Shown here in pieces: positions 28,179-32,000 of a stretch of DNA of 32,000 nucleotides. The DNA is from Pseudidiomarina andamanensis (GTDB lineage Bacteria > Pseudomonadota > Gammaproteobacteria > Enterobacterales > Alteromonadaceae). The translations under genes and the position numbers were made by a program. The first letter of the stretch is position 1; every line of letters starts with the position of its first letter. The stretch is taken from the NCBI RefSeq assembly GCF_009734345.1, contig NZ_CP032551.1, positions 1,980,001-2,012,000 on the forward strand. The letters run 5' to 3'. Below the pieces are notes generated by a model, which was not told the DNA's origin, did no database searches, and saw nothing but the letters and a program-made list of their open reading frames with translations.

Positions 28179-29735
28179 TCAATTAGGATTATAGGCTAGA
28201 CGTTCTAATTCTAAATTATGAAAATCGAAGCTAAAATCGGTAAACGGCGCAACGGCTTCCATTTGGGCACCGGTGACCTCATTCGAGCGGTTCACATTAA
28301 AATCAATATAGGCATCGGCTTCTAACAATGGCTCGTCCCAGCGCACTACAAAAGTATCGCCGTTGTAGTGCTCTAGTGTTCCTTTCAGCATTGGCGTGTG
28401 GGTAAAGTTAATGCGTAACTTCTTGTCCGCCATGCCAATATCCACCGCGCCGTACCATGCATCGTGGTAGCTGCCTACGTAACGCGTCAACGGCAACGCT
28501 TTGCGTACAACATCAAGCGTTGGCATTTTAAATTCGGCTTTGGCGTCCATAAACTCCCGGTATTTCTCACTTTCTTCCGCCACCCAATCACGATCTGTTA
28601 GCTCTAATAAATCTTCCAGCGCTTCTTGAGTGATAGCGGTTAATGCACCGAAGGCTTGTTGATTGCTCATCACGGTAATGGCGAAGTTGCGCTCGGGAAT
28701 GATGGTTGTGAGTGAGAGCATGCCTAAAATGCCACCGCTATGGTAAACGTGCTTCACGCCATGCTCGTTTTTCACGAACCAACCAAGGCCGTAGCCACGG
28801 TAATGGGTGCCGTTCTCTGCAGCGCTAGCGCTTACCGACAGTGGCGTCACAACCTGCCACATGGCACGTTGCGAATCCGCACTGAATACTGATGAACCTG
28901 AAGAATTTGAACCTTGAGCGACCTGCGCTAGAAGCCATTTTGCGAAGTCATTGGCGTTGCTTGCCATAGCGCCTGCTGCTGCAAAATCTTCCAGATAATC
29001 CAGCGGGAAGCGGTGTAAGTCGTCATTCATTTCAATGGTGCCGACGGCGACATTAGAAACGTCTGACGGAATATTCGAATAACCAAGTACGGTGTCAGTC
29101 ATGCCCAACGGTTCAAGTAGCGTTTCTCGCACATAATCGTTATATGACATGCCACTTGCGCGTGCGATCACTTCACCGGCGGTAACAAACATTAAGTTGT
29201 TGTAGGCGAACCGCTCACGCAGCCCAGAAGCAAACGGTACGTGGGCAAGCCCAGCCAGAATGTCGGCGGTGGATTTGTCAGTATTTGGCCAAATCATTAA
29301 ATCGCCAGCACCGAGGCCTAAGCCAGAGCGATGGCTCAACAAGTCACGAATGGTCAGTTCGGCTGTAATGGCAGGGTCTGACAAACGAAATTCAGGAATG
29401 TGCTGAATGACTTTGTCGTCCCAATGAAGTTTCTTTTGCTCGACTAATGTGGCAAGCGCCGCTGCCGTGAATGCTTTGGTATGTGAGGCCACGCCGAATA
29501 GGGTGTCCGCAGTTACCGGTTCGCCGTTACCAATATCACGCACCCCGAAGCCTTCGGCCAAAATCACTTCACCATCTTTCACCGCAACCACAGCGAGCCC
29601 AGGAATATTAAATGCGCTCAACGCTTCTTCAGCGGTTGCACGAATTTCATCGGCAGATTGCCCAAACGCTGGCGCGGTTGAAAAGAGCAATACACCGAAC
29701 ACGAAACTGGCTAAGTGTTTGAGAGATAACGTCAT
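28179..29735 (-). CDS. Beta-lactamase-family serine hydrolase (class C / PBP4*-like) with a C-terminal extension
   Basis: Signal peptide. SxxK motif SHTK, YxN motif YNN and an HSG variant of KTG. 518 aa. Confidence 0.85.
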   Translation of the reverse strand: MTLSLKHLASFVFGVLLFSTAPAFGQSADEIRATAEEALSAFNIPGLAVVAVKDGEVILAEGFGVRDIGNGEPVTADTLFGVASHTKAFTAAALATLVEQKKLHWDDKVIQHIPEFRLSDPAITAELTIRDLLSHRSGLGLGAGDLMIWPNTDKSTADILAGLAHVPFASGLRERFAYNNLMFVTAGEVIARASGMSYNDYVRETLLEPLGMTDTVLGYSNIPSDVSNVAVGTIEMNDDLHRFPLDYLEDFAAAGAMASNANDFAKWLLAQVAQGSNSSGSSVFSADSQRAMWQVVTPLSVSASAAENGTHYRGYGLGWFVKNEHGVKHVYHSGGILGMLSLTTIIPERNFAITVMSNQQAFGALTAITQEALEDLLELTDRDWVAEESEKYREFMDAKAEFKMPTLDVVRKALPLTRYVGSYHDAWYGAVDIGMADKKLRINFTHTPMLKGTLEHYNGDTFVVRWDEPLLEADAYIDFNVNRSNEVTGAQMEAVAPFTDFSFDFHNLELERLAYNPN

Positions 29736-29823
29736 GATGGTGTCCTAATTTGGGTTATTTTGCTGTCAATCAATCTAACCCTATCGGCACCATTTCGCAA
29801 ACCACACTCAAGCGGTTTACCAC

Positions 29824-29931
29824 CTACAACAATACCGCTCGAATAATCAAGCCGACGAGGGTGATGGTGATCACCCCGGCGGCCCATATGCCGATAAACC
29901 ATAACCAGCGCTGCCAAGTTGGTTTAGTCAT
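29824..29931 (-). CDS. 35-aa single-TM protein after cydB (DUF2474/CydX-like small subunit candidate)
   Basis: Not in the track because it is under 60 aa. It reads MTKPTWQRWLWFIGIWAAGVITITLVGLIIRAVLL. Its ATG (29929-29931) lies 2 nt upstream of the cydB TAA codon (29924-26), so the small ORF overlaps the last 8 nt of cydB. The family call is from memory of small ORFs downstream of cydB/cioB. Confidence 0.5.
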   Translation of the reverse strand: MTKPTWQRWLWFIGIWAAGVITITLVGLIIRAVLL

Positions 29932-30925
29932 GGTAGCCACTATCTTCTTTCACTTTGCCGCGGAATACCCAGTACGTGTAGCCGGTATAAGCAAATATAA
30001 TCGGCAGCAAAATGACCGCGCCAACTAACAAGAACGCCAAGCTATTATCTGGTGCCGCAGCTTCCCAGAGGGTGATTTGAAATGGGATTAAATAAGGGAA
30101 AATACTTACGGCAAACCCAATAAAGGCAATCAGGAATACACCAAGCGCCCATAAATAAGGGCGGCCTTCTTGTTGTTTGGTGAGTGAGTTGAGCAATCCG
30201 CCGCCAATGACAGCCAAGGCAAACGGCACCAACCACAGCCCAGCTGAGCCAGGCCAAGAAAGCCAGCGTTCTGCCACGTTTTCAAATGACGACACCAAAT
30301 AAATACTCACGCCAGCAATGGCAAGAATTAATAAGATGGCACTGTTACGACCGTAGTTATAGGCACGCGCTTGTAATGGGCCGTCGGTTTTCATCACTAA
30401 CCAAGTTGCGCCCAACAGCGCGTATCCCACACAAACCGCAATGCCCGCAAAGAGAGTGAACGGGCTAAGCCAATCAAACCAGCCGCCCGCATAGGCGCGG
30501 TCGGTTACCGCAATACCTTGCAACATAGCGCCGAGCATGATGCCTTGGCTTAACGCCGCCACCATAGAGCCGAGCATGAAGGCGCGATCCCACCAATGTT
30601 TGTTGGCTTTACTCTTAAAGCGGAACTCAAATGCTACGCCGCGGAATATCAGCCCCAATAACATCGCAATCACAGGCATGTAGAGCGCTGGCATTAATAC
30701 CGAATAGGCTAAAGGGAAGACGGCAAGCAAACCACCACCGCCAAGCACCAACCAGGTTTCATTGCCATCCCAAACGGGGGCAACGCTGTTGACCATGCGG
30801 TCACGATATCTTTCTTCTCGTATCCATGGAAACAAAATTCCCATACCTAAATCGAAGCCATCGAGTGCGACATAGGCGAACACAGCAATAGCAATAAGAG
30901 CAGCCCAAATGAGTGCATAATCCAT
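29924..30925 (-). CDS. cydB: Cytochrome bd-type ubiquinol oxidase subunit II
   Basis: The N-terminus MDYALIWAALIAIAVFAYVALDGFDLGMGILFP is typical of CydB. 333 aa, polytopic. Confidence 0.95.
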   Translation of the reverse strand: MDYALIWAALIAIAVFAYVALDGFDLGMGILFPWIREERYRDRMVNSVAPVWDGNETWLVLGGGGLLAVFPLAYSVLMPALYMPVIAMLLGLIFRGVAFEFRFKSKANKHWWDRAFMLGSMVAALSQGIMLGAMLQGIAVTDRAYAGGWFDWLSPFTLFAGIAVCVGYALLGATWLVMKTDGPLQARAYNYGRNSAILLILAIAGVSIYLVSSFENVAERWLSWPGSAGLWLVPFALAVIGGGLLNSLTKQQEGRPYLWALGVFLIAFIGFAVSIFPYLIPFQITLWEAAAPDNSLAFLLVGAVILLPIIFAYTGYTYWVFRGKVKEDSGYHD

Positions 30926-30928
30926 GGC

Positions 30929-32000
30929 TTAGTCCTCCTCGTGATACAGGCGCTCGGCGGCCATTGGCACGCGCGCGTATTCGGGAATATCGGTATGTTC
31001 AGGGCGACCTGCCATTTTCCGTATGATGTACACTGTGCCTGCGCCGAACACTAAAAAATACACCACAATAAAGGCAATTAAGCTGGCACCAACACCAACG
31101 GCATCAATGGGTGAAGCCGCATCACTCGTGCGTAGCAAACCATAAATCACCCAAGGCTGACGACCAACTTCGGTCACAATCCATCCTGCGATCACTGCGA
31201 CGAATCCAAGTGGTCCCATCAATAGAGCGGCACGATGAATGGTGCGCGATTCATAAAGTTGGTTGCGTAGTCGTAAATACCCCGACCATAAGCCAATAAG
31301 CACCATCAGCACGCCAATGCCAACCATGATTCGAAACGACCAAAATACAATTGGAACTGGGGGCCATTCGTCGCGTGGAAAAGCGTCTAAACCAGTCACC
31401 GTGGCATCAATGTCGTGCTTCAATATCAAGCTGGCGAGACCGGGGATCTTAATCGCGTAATCCACTTCAGCGGTTTCTTCGTTTGGCAAGCCAAATAAAT
31501 ACAGCGGCGCTTGAGCCTCAGACTTGAAGTGACCTTCCATGGCTGCAACTTTCGCTGGCTGATGTTCTTGAGTGTTTAAACCGTGTAGATCACCAACAAA
31601 GACTTGTAATGGGGCAACAATCAGCGCCATCCACATTGCCATGGAGAACATTTTACGCGCCGCTTGTGAGCTCTTGTCTTTTAACAAATGCCAAGCGCCG
31701 ACAGCGCCCACCACAAACGCAGTGGTTAAGTAAGCAGCTAGTAACATGTGCGCGAGTCGATACGGAAACGACGGATTAAATATCGCTTCAAGCCAGCTCG
31801 TTACAACGTACTGACCTTGTTCATTCATGGTGAAACCGGCAGGCGTTTGCATCCAGCTATTGACCGATAAAATCCAGAAGGCACTGATAGCGGTACCCAC
31901 TGCAACCATCAGCGTCGCAAAGTAGTGTAAGCGCTCACCAACCTTGTTCATCCCGAATAACATGACGCCCAGGAATCCCGCTTCTAAGAAAAAGGCGGTT
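30929..32000 (-). CDS. cydA: Cytochrome bd-type ubiquinol oxidase subunit I, C-terminal part; the N-terminus lies beyond the right window edge
   Basis: The frame is open to base 32000 (...TAFFLEAGFLGVMLFG...). It has the conserved GRQPW motif (TEVGRQPWVIYGLLRT). It sits 3 nt upstream of cydB. Confidence 0.95.
   Translation of the reverse strand, partial: TAFFLEAGFLGVMLFGMNKVGERLHYFATLMVAVGTAISAFWILSVNSWMQTPAGFTMNEQGQYVVTSWLEAIFNPSFPYRLAHMLLAAYLTTAFVVGAVGAWHLLKDKSSQAARKMFSMAMWMALIVAPLQVFVGDLHGLNTQEHQPAKVAAMEGHFKSEAQAPLYLFGLPNEETAEVDYAIKIPGLASLILKHDIDATVTGLDAFPRDEWPPVPIVFWSFRIMVGIGVLMVLIGLWSGYLRLRNQLYESRTIHRAALLMGPLGFVAVIAGWIVTEVGRQPWVIYGLLRTSDAASPIDAVGVGASLIAFIVVYFLVFGAGTVYIIRKMAGRPEHTDIPEYARVPMAAERLYHEED

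Noticed and set aside
29732-30028. Track ORFs 29732-29917(-) and 29750-30028(+)
   Set aside because: One is His/Arg-rich, and the other is antisense to cydB and the small ORF. The 35-codon ORF that overlaps the end of cydB explains the region better.

Overview
This is a chromosomal segment that looks gammaproteobacterial, judged from gene content and an enterobacterial-like tRNA-Arg. It has no rRNA and no CRISPR array.

**Core genes at both edges**
- Left edge: a partial TonB-dependent receptor (1-1516, minus strand). It is absent from the ORF track because it has no stop codon inside the window.
- Right of an intact tRNA-Arg(CCG) gene (26922-26998, minus): a BNR-repeat lipoprotein, a beta-lactamase-family serine hydrolase and a cytochrome bd-type oxidase operon. 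The operon is partial cydA, cydB and an unlisted 35-codon ORF.

**Accessory region (about 25 kb between the core edges)**
- It is organised as tandem segments delimited by same-orientation repeats of the 3' half of the tRNA-Arg gene.
- One copy is a perfect 49-nt match (10200-10248). Two are diverged (3662-3709 and 4601-4650).
- Each copy is followed by a related flank.

**Cargo, left to right**
- an abiEii N-terminal remnant and hipBA
- a one-gene lipoprotein cassette
- a Fic protein
- a TPR protein, a multi-pass membrane protein and a NarL-type two-component pair
- abiEi-abiEii
- a DUF262-DUF1524 (GmrSD-like) nuclease gene broken by a frameshift in a T6 run
- a minimal merR/merTPA locus
- ynfA plus a short CDF with Cys pairs at both termini
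- czcD and czcCBA, with a His/Cys-rich small exported protein
- an orphan PD-(D/E)XK restriction-endonuclease-like gene abutting the tRNA

**Main unexplained observations**
- No integrase, excisionase, transposase or relaxase ORF is visible anywhere in the array.
- A second repeat family of about 165 bp (5863-6027 and 12406-12566, plus a 48-nt piece at 1736-1783) sits beside the toxin-type genes of successive segments. It is not convincingly coding.

All functional calls rest on motifs read by eye. No database search was possible.
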